Origin: an uncultured Actinomycetota bacterium | Lineage (GTDB): Bacteria > Actinomycetota > Actinomycetes > Propionibacteriales > Nocardioidaceae | Length of the DNA stretch: 64,000 bases | NCBI GenBank assembly: GCA_963834235.1 | Contig: CAWIAS010000008.1 | Location: 69,192 to 133,191, forward strand | Direction of reading: 5' to 3' | Part shown: positions 39,999-52,313 of the stretch, piece after piece | How positions within the stretch are numbered: the first letter of the stretch is position 1 | How the letters are laid out: each line of letters starts with the position of its first letter | Notes under the pieces: generated by a model | Database searches by the model: none | Told to the model about the DNA's origin: nothing | Seen by the model: the letters and a program-made list of their open reading frames with translations, nothing else | Made by a program: the position numbers and the translations under genes

Positions 39999-40597
39999 TC
40001 GCGTTCGTCCGCGGCGACGTCGCCGCCGTCAACCTGACCAGTGCGGTCCTCGAGGTCGGTGGGGTGGGCCTGGAGCTGATGTGCACGCCGGGCACGCTCG
40101 CCACCCTGCGCCTCGGCCACCCCGCGACGCTCCCCACGAGCATGATCGTCCGCGAGGACTCGCTGACCCTGTTCGGCTTCCTCGACGAGGACGAGAAGTC
40201 CACGTTCGAGCTCGTCCAGACGGCGTCAGGCGTGGGCCCCAAGCTGGCCCAGGCGATGCTGGCGGTGCTGACGCCTGACGACCTCCGGGTGGCCGTGGCG
40301 GGCGATGACGTGAAGACGTTGACCCGGGTCCCGGGCATCGGCCAGAAGGTCGCCCAGCGGATCATCCTCGAGCTCAAGGACCGGCTGGGGACCCCACTCG
40401 GCGGCCACCACCGGTCGCCCGCGGCGCCGGCGGAGGAGCCGTGGCGCGGTCAGGTCCGCCAGGGGCTCGTCGGTCTGGGCTGGTCGGCCAAGGACGCCGA
40501 CCTGGCGATCGACGTCGTGGCCGCCGACCACGACACCCGCTCACCCGACGTCGCGGCCCTTCTCCGGGCCGCTCTGCGCAGCCTGAGCAGGGCCTGA
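39995..40597 (+). CDS. ruvA: Holliday junction branch migration protein
   Basis: [22 protein letters not shown] and VPGIGQK motifs. Confidence 0.96.
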   Translation: MIAFVRGDVAAVNLTSAVLEVGGVGLELMCTPGTLATLRLGHPATLPTSMIVREDSLTLFGFLDEDEKSTFELVQTASGVGPKLAQAMLAVLTPDDLRVAVAGDDVKTLTRVPGIGQKVAQRIILELKDRLGTPLGGHHRSPAAPAEEPWRGQVRQGLVGLGWSAKDADLAIDVVAADHDTRSPDVAALLRAALRSLSRA

Positions 40598-40598
40598 C

Positions 40599-41669
40599 GT
40601 GGACCATCTCGACGCCGCCGAAGAGGCCCATCTCCAGTCGTTGACCGCGGCCGAGGCCGACGGCGACGAGCGGGCGGTCGAAGCCGCCCTGCGACCGCGG
40701 ACCCTCGACGAGGTGGTCGGTCAGCACCGGGTTCGTGCCCAGCTCGGGCTGGTGCTCGAGGCCGCCCGCCGTCGCGGCCGCGCGCCCGACCACGTGCTGC
40801 TCTCCGGTCCACCCGGTCTCGGCAAGACCACCCTGGCGATGATCATCGCCGCCGAGATGACCACGCCGCTGCGGCTGACCAGTGGCCCCGCGATCACCCA
40901 CGCCGGCGACCTGGCCGCGATCCTGTCCGGCCTCAATGACGGCGACGTGCTGTTCGTCGACGAGATCCACCGGATGGCCCGGCCGGCCGAGGAGATGCTC
41001 TACATGGCGATGGAGGACTTCCGGGTCGACGTCGTCATCGGCAAGGGTCCGGGTGCCACGGCGATCCCGCTGGAGATCCCGCCGTTCACGCTGGTCGGCG
41101 CCACCACCCGTGCGGGGCTCCTGCCCGGTCCGCTCCGGGACCGGTTCGGCTTCACCGCGCAGCTGGAGTTCTACGCCGCGTCCGAGCTCGACCTGATCGT
41201 GCACCGCTCCGCCGGCCTGCTGGGGGTGGAGCTCACCGCCGAGGGGGCTGCCGAGATCGCCTCACGCTCCCGCGGAACGCCCCGCATCGCCAACCGGCTG
41301 CTGCGGCGGGTGCGCGACTACGCCCAGGTCCGAGCCGACGGCATCGTCACGCTCGACGTCGCCCGCAGTGCCCTCGAGCTCTACGAGGTCGACGAGTCCG
41401 GCCTCGACCGGCTCGACCGGTCCGTGCTCGACGCGCTCTGCCGCCGCTTCGGCGGCGGACCGGTCGGCGTGTCCACGCTCGCGGTCGCCGTGGGCGAGGA
41501 GCGCGAGACTGTCGAGGAGGTGGCCGAGCCGTTCCTGGTCCGGTGCGGATTCCTGGCCCGGACGCCTCGGGGCCGGGTGGCCACGGCGGCGGCCTGGCAG
41601 CACCTCGGGCTCTCCGCGCCCGCTGGAGCCATGGGCACCGACGCCGACTCACCGCTGTTCGAGGACTGA
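40599..41669 (+). CDS. ruvB: Holliday junction helicase
   Basis: [26 protein letters not shown] and [11 protein letters not shown] motifs. Confidence 0.98.
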   Translation: MDHLDAAEEAHLQSLTAAEADGDERAVEAALRPRTLDEVVGQHRVRAQLGLVLEAARRRGRAPDHVLLSGPPGLGKTTLAMIIAAEMTTPLRLTSGPAITHAGDLAAILSGLNDGDVLFVDEIHRMARPAEEMLYMAMEDFRVDVVIGKGPGATAIPLEIPPFTLVGATTRAGLLPGPLRDRFGFTAQLEFYAASELDLIVHRSAGLLGVELTAEGAAEIASRSRGTPRIANRLLRRVRDYAQVRADGIVTLDVARSALELYEVDESGLDRLDRSVLDALCRRFGGGPVGVSTLAVAVGEERETVEEVAEPFLVRCGFLARTPRGRVATAAAWQHLGLSAPAGAMGTDADSPLFED

Positions 41670-41761
41670 GTCCGGCTCCACGAGTGGTGCCGGTTACACT
41701 TCACCGTCGGTCGACCCGTGGCTGGTCGGCGCCCCAAACATCCCGCTCGGAAGGTTCAGTC

Positions 41762-42052
41762 GTGCCGGAGCTCGTCTCCTTGTTGCCCATCGTCGGTATC
41801 GCCCTGCTCTTCTGGCTCCTGATCATTCGGCCGGCTTCTCGCCGCCAGAAGGAACTTGTGCGCATGCAGGGCTCGTTGAACGTGGGGGACGAGGTGATGC
41901 TCACCTCAGGCATCTTCGGACGCCTCACCACGACCGATGCGGACCACCTCACGGTGGAGATCGCCCCGGGCGTGACCATCAAGGTCGCGCGCGGCGCCAT
42001 CGCCTCGGTCGTCCAGGACGAGCTCGTCGCGGACGAGCCTGAGGAGAGCTGA
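41762..42052 (+). CDS. yajC: Preprotein translocase subunit YajC
   Basis: N-terminal TM plus IRP, VGDEVMLTSGIFG and EIAPGV. Confidence 0.93.
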   Translation: MPELVSLLPIVGIALLFWLLIIRPASRRQKELVRMQGSLNVGDEVMLTSGIFGRLTTTDADHLTVEIAPGVTIKVARGAIASVVQDELVADEPEES

Positions 42053-42053
42053 C

Positions 42054-43749
42054 ATGGCCCGCAGGACCCCGCGTCCGGCACGCACGCTCCTGGTGTTCTT
42101 CGGAGTGCTGGCGATCGCCGTTCGGCCTGGTGGCGCTGGCCGACAACTGGACTCCCAAGCTGGGGCTCGACCTCCAGGGCGGGACCCGGATCACCCTCGT
42201 CGCCAAGGGCGACGTCACCGAGAGCAACCTGGCCGAGGCCGCCAAGGTCATCGACCGCCGTGTCAACGGCTCCGGCGTGACCGAGGCCGAGGTGGCCACC
42301 CAGGGTTCCAACGTGATCGTCGTCGAGATCCCCGGCGACAGCCGGGCGGATCTCGTCGAGACGGTCAAGCGACAGGCCCAGCTCAGGTTCCGCGTGGTCG
42401 CGTGCAGCGACTTCGACGGCCGCTGCGGTGCCGCCGGCGCCGCTCCTCAGCAGCCCGGGCAGCCCGCGGTGCCCGGCCCTGAGGTCACGGTCCCGCCCGA
42501 GGGCGAGGGCAGCAACCGTGCGCCGGTGTCGTACCCGGACAAGAAGGACAAGAAGAAGGACAAGAAGAAGGACAAGGGCACTCCGGAGGAGCAGCCTTCG
42601 GAGTCGCCGGGCGACTCCGAGTCGCCCTCTCCGGCCGAGCTGCCCGACGGCAGCGACCTGGCGGAGCCCCTGGTCTGGATGGACGAGCCCGACGCGCAGT
42701 CGGTCAAGGCGTTCCAGGAGTTCACGTGCCCGGCTGCGGGCGAGCCGGTCATCGTCGACGACAACCCGGACAAGCCGCTGGTCACCTGCGACGAGCAGGG
42801 CGTCAAGTACCTCCTCTCGGTCTCGATGATCGAGGGCACCGACCTGAAGTCGGCCAGCGCCGGCATCCCGCAGCAGAGCGTCGCCTGGGCGGTCGACCTG
42901 TCCTTCAACGGGGAGGGCACCGAGAAGTTCACCGAGATCTCGCAGCGCCTCTTCGGCACCGAGAAGCAGTTCGCCATCGTGCTCGACGGCGCGATCATCT
43001 CGGCTCCGACGATGAACGGTGTCATCACCAACGGCGAGGCCCAGATCACGGGTGACTTCACGGAGGCCGAGGCCACCGGCCTTGCCACCAGCCTCAAGTT
43101 CGGCGCGCTGCCGATCACCTTCGACGACGACAGCACCCAGGTCGACGTCGGTCGGCCCGTCCCTCGCCGGCAACCAGCTCTCCGCGGGCCTGACCGCCGG
43201 CGGCGTCGGGCTGCTCCTGGTCATGCTCTACTGCCTGCTCTACTACCGCGGCCTCGGCCTGGTGGTCATCGCGTCCCTGGTGGTCGCGGCCGACGGCGAC
43301 GTACTCCATGGTGCTGCTCCTGGGTGAGGCAGCCGGGTTCACGCTGTCCCTGCCGGGGGTCGCCGGCCTGATCGTGGCCGTCGGCATCACGGCGGACTCC
43401 TTCATCGTCTACTTCGAACGCATCCGGGACGAGATGCGAGACGGCAAGTCGATGCGGGTGGCCGTGGAGAGCGGCTGGGCGCGTGCCCGCAACACCTGTC
43501 TGGCCGCCGACGCGGTCTCGTTGCTGGCCGCGGTGGTGCTCTACATCTTCGCCGCCGGCGTGGTGAAGGGCTTCGCGTTCGGTCTGGGCCTCGCCGACGC
43601 TGATCGACCTCGTCGTCTTCTTCTGGTTCACGCACCCGATGGTCTCGCTCCTCGGCAGGCTCAGGTTCTTCAACACCGGGCACAAGCTCTCCGGCCTCAA
43701 CGCCGAGAGCCTGGGCATCGAACAGCTCCCCGTGGGAGGGAAGGCCTGA
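42054..43749 (+). CDS. secD: Protein translocase subunit SecD, apparent frameshifts
   Basis: KLGLDLQGG, AIVLDG, LKFGALP and GITADSFIVYFERIRDE motifs. Confidence 0.95.
42538..42576 (+). repeat. Short tandem repeat (GAC AAG AAG [AAG])n in secD, encoding DKKDKKKDKKKDK
   Basis: Directly visible tandem array in the variable linker of the periplasmic domain. Confidence 0.75.
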
Positions 43750-44986
43750 TGGGCAAGTTCTCGCGTCTTGGCAACGACCTCTACAACGGCAAGAAGTCGA
43801 TCGACTTCGTCGGCCGACGCTGGCTCTGGTACTCCGTCTCGGCGGTCATCGTGCTGGTGGCGCTGTCCGGTCTCTTCTACAAGGGCCTGAACTACGGCAT
43901 CGAGTTCACCGGCGGCGCCGAGTACGAAGTGACGCTGCCGGCCAGTCAGGCCAACCAGGACACCGCTGACGAGCTGCGCACGGCGGTAGCCGGGTCCGGC
44001 ATCGACGATGCGTCGTCGCCGGTGGTGACCACGTCCGGCAGCAACGCGATCCTGGTGCAGACCGAGCCGCTCACCGAGGACGAGAGCGCCCAGGTCGTCC
44101 AGATCATCATCGACACCGACGGGCGTCACGGCCGACGACCTCTCCCAGTCGGAGATCGGCCCGAGCTGGGGCGCGGAGGTCGCCGAGCGCTCGACGATCG
44201 GACTCGTGGTCTTCCTGGTCCTCGTCGTCCTCTTCATCTGGGCCTACTTCCGCCAGTGGAAGATGTCGGTGGCTGCTCTGGTCGCGCTCGCCCACGACGT
44301 CGTGATCACGATCGGCGTCTACGCCTTGTCCGGGTTCGAGGTCACTCCGGCCACCGTCACCGGCATCCTGACCATCCTCGGCTTCTCGCTGTACGACACC
44401 GTGGTGGTGTTCGACAAGGTGCGCGAGAACACCGCCAGCATGAAGGCCGACCACAAGTCGTACTCGGACGCGGCCAACCTCGCGGTGAACCAGACGCTGG
44501 TGCGGTCCGATCAACACCTCGATCGTCGCGCTGATCCCCGTGGGCTGCATCCTCTACGTCGGCGCGGTCCAGCTCGGGTCGGGTTCGCTCAAGGACCTGG
44601 CACTTGCGCTGTTCGTCGGCATGGCGGCGGGCGTCTACTCATCGGTGTTCATCGCCACCCCGCTTCTCGCCCACCTGAAGTCCCGCGAGACCGAGGTCGT
44701 GGAGGCCGAGCGCCGGGCCCGCGCCCGGAAGCGGGCCCAGGCCGACAAGTACGCCTCGGTCCCCGTGTTCAAGGACGACCTCCCCGTGCGCGACGAGGGC
44801 GACGTCCTCCTCGACGTCGACGAGGACGACCCCGACGCCGAGCCGGTGGCACCGACCCGCAGCAGCAGCGAGGCATCCGGCCGCGGCCGGGTCGCCCCGC
44901 CGGCACGCGGCCCGGTGGGCCAGAGCGGCGCCTCAGGCAGGGTCCAGCCGAGCCGTCAGACGAGGTCGAAGCGCGGCAAGAAGTGA
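43749..44986 (+). CDS. secF: Protein translocase subunit SecF, apparent frameshifts
   Basis: GIEFTGG, LAHDVV, GFSLYDTVVVFDKVREN and GVYSSVFIATP motifs. Confidence 0.95.
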
Positions 44987-45525
44987 CCGACGCCGCCCGC
45001 GAGGCGTTGCAGCGCCTCGTCGTCGACGTCCCGGACTTCCCCGAGGCGGGCGTGGTGTTCAAGGACATCACCCCACTCCTGGCCGACCACGCCGGTTTCA
45101 CTGTGGTCGTCTCGGCGTTGGCAGACGCCGGCCGGGATGCCGGAGGGGGCACGTGCGTCGACAAGGTCGTCGGCATGGAGGCGCGCGGGTTCATCTTCGC
45201 CGCGCCCGTGGCCCTGGCCCTGGGCGCCGGCTTCGTCCCGGTCCGCAAGGCCGGGAAGCTGCCCCGGGAGACCCACGCCGTCTCCTACTCCCTGGAGTAC
45301 GGCGAGGCGACCCTCGAGCTGCACCGTGACGCGATCGCACCGGGCGACCGGGTCCTCCTGGTCGACGACGTGCTCGCGACCGGCGGCACCGTCAAGGCGA
45401 CCCAGGAGCTCGTCGAGAGCTGCGGCGGCACGGTCGTCGGCGTGGCGGTGCTGATGGAGCTGAGCTTCCTGCCCGGGCGGGCGACGATCGGGGACCTCCC
45501 CGTGACCGCCCTCATGACCGTGTGA
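44983..45525 (+). CDS. apt: Adenine phosphoribosyltransferase
   Basis: PDFP..GVVFKDITP, EARGF, VRKAGKLP and VDDVLATGGT motifs. Confidence 0.97.
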   Translation: MTDAAREALQRLVVDVPDFPEAGVVFKDITPLLADHAGFTVVVSALADAGRDAGGGTCVDKVVGMEARGFIFAAPVALALGAGFVPVRKAGKLPRETHAVSYSLEYGEATLELHRDAIAPGDRVLLVDDVLATGGTVKATQELVESCGGTVVGVAVLMELSFLPGRATIGDLPVTALMTV

Positions 45526-45544
45526 CCACACCTAGACTGGTCCC

Positions 45545-47860
45545 GTGACCGAGGACCAGAGCGCGCCGACAGTCGTCGAGGAGACGTCGGCCGAGCGCGC
45601 TCCCGAGTCCGTCACGTCCGCGCGCAGCATGCGGTCGCGACTGGCCCGCATGGGCACGCGCAGTCAGCCCGGCAACCCGGTCCTCGAGCCGCTCTTCCGG
45701 GCCGTGCGGACCAACCACCCGAAGGCCGACCTCGCGCTGATCGAACGCGCGTACCTCACGGCCGAGAAGATGCACGGCACGCAGATGCGCAAGAGCGGCG
45801 ACCCCTACATCACCCACCCGCTCGCGGTCACCACCATCCTCGCGGACATCGGCATGACCGAGGCCACGCTCGTGGCAGCACTCCTCCACGACACCGTCGA
45901 GGACACGCCGTACACCCTCGACCAGCTGCGCGCCGACTTCGGCGACGAGGTCACCCACCTCGTCGACGGCGTGACCAAGCTCGACAAGGTCAAGTACGGC
46001 GACTCCGCGCAGGCCGAGACCATCCGCAAGATGATCGTCGCGATGTCGCGCGACATCCGGGTCCTCGTCATCAAGCTGGCCGACCGGCTCCACAACATGC
46101 GCACACTGCGCTACGTGCGGCCGGAGACCCAGGAGCGGGTGGCTCGCGAGACCCTGGACATCTACGCCCCGCTGGCGCACCGCCTGGGCATGAACACCCT
46201 CAAGTGGGAGCTGGAGGACCTCGCGTTCGCCACGCTTCACCCCAAGATCTACGACGAGATCGTGCGGCTCGTCGCCGAGCGTGCCCCCTCCCGCGGTCAG
46301 TTCCTGACCCAGGTGATCACCCAGGTCGAACAGGATCTCAAGGAGGCGAAGGTCAAGGCCAAGGTCACCGGCCGACCCAAGCACTACTACTCGATCTACC
46401 AGAAGATGATCGTCGGCGGACGCGAGTTCACCGACATCTACGACCTGGTCGGTATCCGCATCCTCGTCGACGAGGATCGCGACTGCTACTCCGCGCTCGG
46501 TGTCCTGCACGCGCGCTGGAACCCCGTCCTGGGGCGCTTCAAGGACTACGTCGCCATGCCGAAGTTCAACATGTACCAGTCGCTGCACACGACGGTCATC
46601 GGTCCTCAGGGCAAGCCGGTGGAGCTGCAGATCCGGACCTTCGCGATGCACCGACGCGCAGAGTACGGCGTGGCCGCGCACTGGAAGTACAAGGAGAACG
46701 GCCGCGCCGGCGTCGACACCGACCAGTCGGCCGACCTCGACGACATGACCTGGGTCCGCCAGTTGCTGGACTGGCAGAGCGACGTGGAGGATCCGGGCGA
46801 GTTCCTGGAGGCGCTGCGCTTCGAGATCAACCGGGCCGAGGTCTACGTCTTCACTCCCCGCGGCGACGTGATCGCGCTGCCCACCGGCGCGACCCCGGTG
46901 GACTTCGCGTACGCCGTGCACACCGAGGTCGGGCACCACACCATCGGCGCCCGGGTCAACGGACGGCTCGTCCCGCTGGAGTCCCAGCTCGAGAACAGCG
47001 ACGTCGTCGAGGTGTTCACCTCCAAGGCGCCCAACGCCGCGCCGTCGCGTGACTGGCTGACCTTCGTCAAGTCGCCGCGGGCCCGCTCCAAGATCCGCCA
47101 GTGGTACACCAAGGAGCGACGCGAGGAAGCGATCGAGCAGGGCAAGGAGCAGATCGCCAAGCTGATGCGCAAGGAGGGCCTGCCCCTCAAGCGCCTGCTG
47201 ACCCACGAGTCCCTGACCCTCGCCGCGATCCACTTCAAGATCGCGGACGTCACTGCTCTCTACGCCTCCGTGGGCGAGGGCAACCTGAGCGCCCAGGCCG
47301 TCGTACGACGCGTGATCGACCTGCATGGTGGCGACGACGGCGCCGCCGAGGACCTCTCCGAGGGCGTCACCATCACCGGGCGCCGCTCGCGGTCCAAGGT
47401 CAGTGCCGGGGGCGACGCCGGCGTGATCGTCAAGGGCGCGGCCGACGTGTGGGTGAAGCTGGCGAAGTGCTGCACGCCGGTGCCGCCCGACGAGATCCTC
47501 GGCTTCGTCACCAAGGGCGGGGGAGTGTCGGTCCACCGCACCGACTGCACCAACGCCACGAGTCTGCAGAGCCAGCCGGAACGACTGCTCGAGGTGGAGT
47601 GGGCGCCGACCGGGCAGTCGACCTTCCTGGTCAACATCCAGGTCGAGGCCCTCGACCGGGCGCGGTTGCTGTCCGACATCACGATGGTGCTCTCGGACGC
47701 CCACGTGAACATCCTCAGCGCCAACCTCTCGACCACCAGGGACCGGGTGGCCAAGAGCCGGTTCACCTTCGAGATGGCCGAGTCCAAGCACCTCGACAAC
47801 GTGCTGCGAGCGGTCCGCTCGGTGCCGGGTGTCTTCGACGCGTATCGCATCACGCAGTAG
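45545..47860 (+). CDS. relA: Bifunctional (p)ppGpp synthetase/hydrolase Rel
   Basis: [42 protein letters not shown] and ACT domains. Confidence 0.98.
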   Translation: MTEDQSAPTVVEETSAERAPESVTSARSMRSRLARMGTRSQPGNPVLEPLFRAVRTNHPKADLALIERAYLTAEKMHGTQMRKSGDPYITHPLAVTTILADIGMTEATLVAALLHDTVEDTPYTLDQLRADFGDEVTHLVDGVTKLDKVKYGDSAQAETIRKMIVAMSRDIRVLVIKLADRLHNMRTLRYVRPETQERVARETLDIYAPLAHRLGMNTLKWELEDLAFATLHPKIYDEIVRLVAERAPSRGQFLTQVITQVEQDLKEAKVKAKVTGRPKHYYSIYQKMIVGGREFTDIYDLVGIRILVDEDRDCYSALGVLHARWNPVLGRFKDYVAMPKFNMYQSLHTTVIGPQGKPVELQIRTFAMHRRAEYGVAAHWKYKENGRAGVDTDQSADLDDMTWVRQLLDWQSDVEDPGEFLEALRFEINRAEVYVFTPRGDVIALPTGATPVDFAYAVHTEVGHHTIGARVNGRLVPLESQLENSDVVEVFTSKAPNAAPSRDWLTFVKSPRARSKIRQWYTKERREEAIEQGKEQIAKLMRKEGLPLKRLLTHESLTLAAIHFKIADVTALYASVGEGNLSAQAVVRRVIDLHGGDDGAAEDLSEGVTITGRRSRSKVSAGGDAGVIVKGAADVWVKLAKCCTPVPPDEILGFVTKGGGVSVHRTDCTNATSLQSQPERLLEVEWAPTGQSTFLVNIQVEALDRARLLSDITMVLSDAHVNILSANLSTTRDRVAKSRFTFEMAESKHLDNVLRAVRSVPGVFDAYRITQ

Positions 47861-47976
47861 TCCACCTCGGGGTCTGGACCACCGGGTGGCCTTGCTCAGT
47901 TCCCCGGCGCCGTCTGGGCCGAACCCCTAGCGTGAGAAGCCCCGCTCGGGCACCGACGACTGCAAGGACCCCCGCC

Positions 47977-48745
47977 ATGCCCGACACGTGGAAAAAGGCC
48001 ACCATCATCCTCACCGCGACCGCGGCTCTGGCGGTGGCGGGAGGCGCCGGTGCCGTCGCCGGCGACCTGATCGGCACCAAGGACCTCAAGGACAACGCCG
48101 TCACCTCGGCCAAGCTGGGCGAAGGTTCGGTGCACTGGGGCAAGCACCTGAACGAGAACGCCAAGGACAAGATCAAGTCCTTCGCCGGCTCCGATGGCGT
48201 GGACGGCGTGGACGGCGTGGACGGGCCTGCCCGGTGCCGCCGGCGCCGCCGGCGCTACCGGCCCGGCGGGCCCGGCGGGGGCCAGGGGAGCCACCGGCCC
48301 AGGTGGTGCGGCCGGGCTGGACGGTGATCGGCACCCTGGTGGGCTACGACCTGTACGAGGCCGTCGGCGGATCCGGACGACTCCGGTCACGGTGATGTCC
48401 GGACCCGTACGAGGACGTGGTCATCACGGAGCCCGGCGTCTACCTGGTGACTCCTGCACGGCGTCCACTGCGCTGACTACCCAGGCTCGCTCTACGCGTG
48501 ATGTCGGCGAAGCGGTCGACGAACTCGATCTGCCTGTCGGCCAGCCCTCCCGGTCACGTGGGCGGCGGCATCGAGATCTCCACGTGCACCACGTCGTGCA
48601 GCGATCGACGTCACCGCGGAGTACCTCGCCGACGGAGCGACCGCTGGTGCAGGTCCTGAGTCTGGACTTCTTCGCCGACCAGGGCACCCCTGCCAGCCGT
48701 TGCGAGCTCGTCCCCGATCGCCCTGGTCGTCGGTGTTCCGGATGA
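47977..48745 (+). CDS. Secreted collagen-like (Gly-X-Y repeat) protein; C-terminal half broken by multiple frameshifts
   Basis: Signal peptide; DLKDNAVTSAKL; about 17 Gly-X-Y triplets (GVD x3, GAA, GPA, GAT). End coordinate uncertain. Confidence 0.6.
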
Positions 48746-48886
48746 CCACGACTGCCCGGCAGCACCGCGCCACGCGACCGGCGAGAGTCCTCGGACAGGC
48801 TCGTCAAGACGGTGCGAAGGCAGCTCGTGGCGCGGTGCGTGACGCCTGGGCGAACGACACCCTGACGAGCGGATCGCCCGCGCGTG

Positions 48887-50121
48887 TCAGCCGGAGAAGT
48901 CGGCGCTGGCGCGGCGAGCCATCTCGAGGAAGGCCTGGCGTGAGGCGAGGTTCTCCTCGAGCTCCTTGACCTTGCGTTCGTTGCCCGCGCGTCCTGGCCT
49001 TCGGCCAGCTGCGTCTCGATGTCGGCGAGCGCGGCCTCGAGCTTGGAGACCATGTCGTCGGCCCGGGCCGACTTCTCGGGGTCGGTGCGCTTCCACTGCT
49101 CGTCCTCGTGGCTGCGGATCTCCTGCTCGACCTTCCGCATCCGGCCCTCGAGCTCCTTCATCCGGTCGCGGGGGACCTTGCCGGCGGCCTCCCAGCGGTC
49201 GGCGAGGTCGCGCAGCGCCTTCTTGGCGGCCTCGAGGTCCGTCACCGGCAGCAGCGCCTCGGCCTCGACGAGGAGCTGGTCCTTGACCTCGGCGTTCGCA
49301 GCGAACTCCTTGTCCTGCTCGGCGGACGCGGCGTCGCGGGCACCGAAGAAGGTGTCCTGGGCGCCACGGAACCGCTTCCACAGCGCGTCGTCGACGTCGC
49401 GCGGAGCCGGCCCCGCGGCCTTCCACTCCTTCATCAGGTCGCGGAACCGGCCCGAGGTCGGGCCCCATTCGGTGGAGCCGGCGAGCGACTCGGCCTCGAC
49501 GGTCAGCCGCTCCTTGACCACGCGGGCGCCGTCGCGCTTCTCGTGCTGCTCCGAGAAGTGGGACTTGCGCCGTCGGGTGTAGCGCGGTGCGCGCGGTCGA
49601 GAAGCGGCGCCACAGGGCGTCGTCGGAAGCACGATCGATCCGGGGGAGCGCCTTCCACTGGTCGAGCAGCTCGCGCAACCGGTTGGCGCCGTGGCGCCAG
49701 TCGTTGCTCTCGGCGAGCTTCTCGGCCTCGGCGACGATGGCTTCCTTCTGGGTCTTGGACACGGCAGCCTTCTCGGCGCGCTCGGCCTTGCGCAGCGTCG
49801 CGCTGCTGCGCAATGACCGGCCTCAGCGCGTCGAGCCGCCCGGCCAGGGTCAGCAGGTCGCCGACGGCGTTCGCCGTCGACGACCTGCTCGCGCACCGTC
49901 TTGATCGACTCGGTGGCCTCCTCGGGGGAGAGCACGCCGGCATTGATCCGCTGCTCGAGCAGCCCGACCTCGAACGCAAGGGCGTCGTAGCGCTCGGTGA
50001 AGAACTTCAGCGCCACTTCGGGTGAGCCCTCGGGGTACTGACCCACCGATCGTTCGCCGTCGGCGGTCTTGACGAAGACCGTCCCGTCGTCGGCGACACG
50101 GCCCCATGCATGGCTCGTCAC
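48887..50121 (-). CDS. DUF349 domain protein, apparent frameshifts
   Basis: WGRVADDGTVFV N-terminus; three repeats of K..L..EAE...W...G....DDALW.RF; GAGGAAGAG RBS. Confidence 0.88.
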
Positions 50122-50246
50122 TGGCTCTTCCTCTTCACTCGATCGGTGCGGGCGCAAGCCCCCATGCTAGTCAGGCCACGCCGGATCGTGCCCGAGGCGT
50201 CCCTGCCGGTGCTGGCCGGACGACGGCTGCTCGATAGTGTGCGGGG

Positions 50247-50957
50247 GTGTTCATCGCCGGCTTCCCCGCAGGTCCCTGGGGCACCAACTGCTACGTCGCC
50301 GCCACCGGCGCCGGCAGCGAGTGCGTCGTCATCGACCCCGGCAAGGACGCCGCCGACGGTGTCGACCAGGTCGTTCGGGAGCACAAGCTGAAGCCGGTCG
50401 CGGTCCTGGTCACGCACGGCCACGTCGACCACATGTGGTGTGTCGCCCCGGTGGCGGGCGCATACGACGCGACGGCCTGGATCCACCCGCGGGACCGGCA
50501 CCTGCTCACGGACCCGATGGCGGGCATGTCCCGCGAGACCACGCAGATGCTGCTCGGCGGCAGCTACGAGTGGGCCGAGCCCGACGACGTCCAGGAGCTG
50601 TCGGACCTGCAGGAGATCGAGCTGGCCGGCCTGAGGTTCCTGGTCGACCACACTCCCGGACACACCGAGGGCTCGGTGACGTTCCGTTCGCCGTACGACG
50701 ACGGCGAGATCTCCGAGGTCATGTTCTCCGGCGACCTCCTGTTCGCCGGTTCGATCGGGCGCACCGACCTGCCGGGGGGAGACCACCCCACGATGCTCCG
50801 CAGCCTCACCGACAAGGTGCTGCCGCTGGCCGACGACATCGTGGTGCTGCCAGGCCACGGCGAGCAGACGACCATCGGCCGCGAACGCGCGACCAACCCC
50901 TTCCTGCTGGACCTGCAGAACGACGGGTCCCCGGACCGAGTGACCCGAGGTCTCTGA
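50247..50957 (+). CDS. MBL-fold metallo-hydrolase (glyoxalase II-like)
   Basis: THGHVDH, PGHTEGS, FSGDLLF and PGHG motifs; conserved position before hisS. Confidence 0.93.
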   Translation: MFIAGFPAGPWGTNCYVAATGAGSECVVIDPGKDAADGVDQVVREHKLKPVAVLVTHGHVDHMWCVAPVAGAYDATAWIHPRDRHLLTDPMAGMSRETTQMLLGGSYEWAEPDDVQELSDLQEIELAGLRFLVDHTPGHTEGSVTFRSPYDDGEISEVMFSGDLLFAGSIGRTDLPGGDHPTMLRSLTDKVLPLADDIVVLPGHGEQTTIGRERATNPFLLDLQNDGSPDRVTRGL

Positions 50958-50960
50958 CCC

Positions 50961-52313
50961 ATGAGCAAGCCCACCCCCCTGAGCGGGTTCCCCGAGCTCC
51001 TGCCCGGCCCCCGCGCCGTCGAGCTGGACATGCTCGCGACGCTGGCACGCACCTTCGAGCTGCACGGTTTCGCCAACATCGAGACTCGTGCGGTCGAACC
51101 GCTGGACCAGCTGCTGCGCAAGGGCGACACGTCGAAGGAGGTCTATCTCCTGCGCCGGCTGCAGGATGCCGATGCAGGAAGCGACTCCGGTGTCGGGCTG
51201 CACTTCGACCTCACCGTGCCCTTCGCGCGCTACGTGTTGGAGAACGCCGGAAAGCTGGAGTTTCCCTTCCGTCGGTACCAGATCCAGAAGGCCTGGCGCG
51301 GAGAGCGGCCGCAGGACGGCCGCTACCGCGAGTTCACCCAGGCGGACATCGACATCGTCGGTCGCGACGCCCTGCCGTTCCACCACGACGTCGAGATCGC
51401 CAAGGTGATGATCGATGCGTTGACGCGCCTCGACTTCCTCCCGCCGTTCCGGCTGCAGGTCAACAACCGAAAGCTGATCCAGGGGTTCTACACCGGTCTG
51501 GGCGTCAGCGACGCGGACGAGGTCATGCGACTGATCGACAAGCTCGACAAGATGCCGGTCGACGACATTCGCGCGCTCCTCGTCGAGAAGGTCGGGCTCA
51601 CTGACGAGCAGGCCGACCAGTGCCTGCGCCTGGCGGAGATCTCCAGCACCGACGACGGGTTCGTCGCCGAGGTGCGCGCGCTGGGCGTCAGCGACCCGAT
51701 GCTGGACGAAGGGCTCGAGGAGCTCGCCCAGCTGGTGCGGGACTGCGCGCCCCTGGCGAGCGACAGGGTGCAGGTCGTGGCGGACCTCAAGATCGCGCGC
51801 GGCCTCGACTACTACACCGGCACGGTCTTCGAGACCCGCCTCCAGGGGAGCGAGGGTCTCGGCTCGATCTGCTCGGGAGGGCGCTACGACTCCCTGGCCA
51901 GCGACGGGCGTACGACGTACCCCGGCGTCGGTATCTCGCTCGGGGTCAGTCGCCTGCTCGTCCCGCTGCTGAACCGTGGTGCCCTCGAGGCGAGCAGGTC
52001 GGTGCCGAGCGTCGTCCTGGTCGCACTGCTCGCCGAGGACTCCCGCCCGTCCAGTGATGCCGTCGCCGACGAGCTCCGGGCTCACGGGATCCCGTGCGAG
52101 GTCGCCGCGAGCGCGGCCAAGTTCGGCAAGCAGATCCGCTACGCCGAGCGTCGTGGCATCCCGTACGTCTGGTTCACGAACGCCGACGGCGGCCACGAGG
52201 TCAAGGACATCCGCTCCGGCGACCAGGTCCCCGCCGACCCCACGACCTGGACCCCACCCACCGAGGACCTGACCCCGACCATCGTGTCGACCCATGAGGA
52301 GAAGAATCCGTGA
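50961..52313 (+). CDS. hisS: Histidyl-tRNA synthetase
   Basis: [31 protein letters not shown] and GGRYD motifs. Confidence 0.98.
   Translation: MSKPTPLSGFPELLPGPRAVELDMLATLARTFELHGFANIETRAVEPLDQLLRKGDTSKEVYLLRRLQDADAGSDSGVGLHFDLTVPFARYVLENAGKLEFPFRRYQIQKAWRGERPQDGRYREFTQADIDIVGRDALPFHHDVEIAKVMIDALTRLDFLPPFRLQVNNRKLIQGFYTGLGVSDADEVMRLIDKLDKMPVDDIRALLVEKVGLTDEQADQCLRLAEISSTDDGFVAEVRALGVSDPMLDEGLEELAQLVRDCAPLASDRVQVVADLKIARGLDYYTGTVFETRLQGSEGLGSICSGGRYDSLASDGRTTYPGVGISLGVSRLLVPLLNRGALEASRSVPSVVLVALLAEDSRPSSDAVADELRAHGIPCEVAASAAKFGKQIRYAERRGIPYVWFTNADGGHEVKDIRSGDQVPADPTTWTPPTEDLTPTIVSTHEEKNP

Noticed and set aside
51534..51551. TCGACAAGCTCGAC in hisS resembling the REP-like unit in thrS
   Set aside because: Encodes the conserved HisRS IDKLDK motif in normal codons and lacks the GGTC...GACC ends; coincidental.
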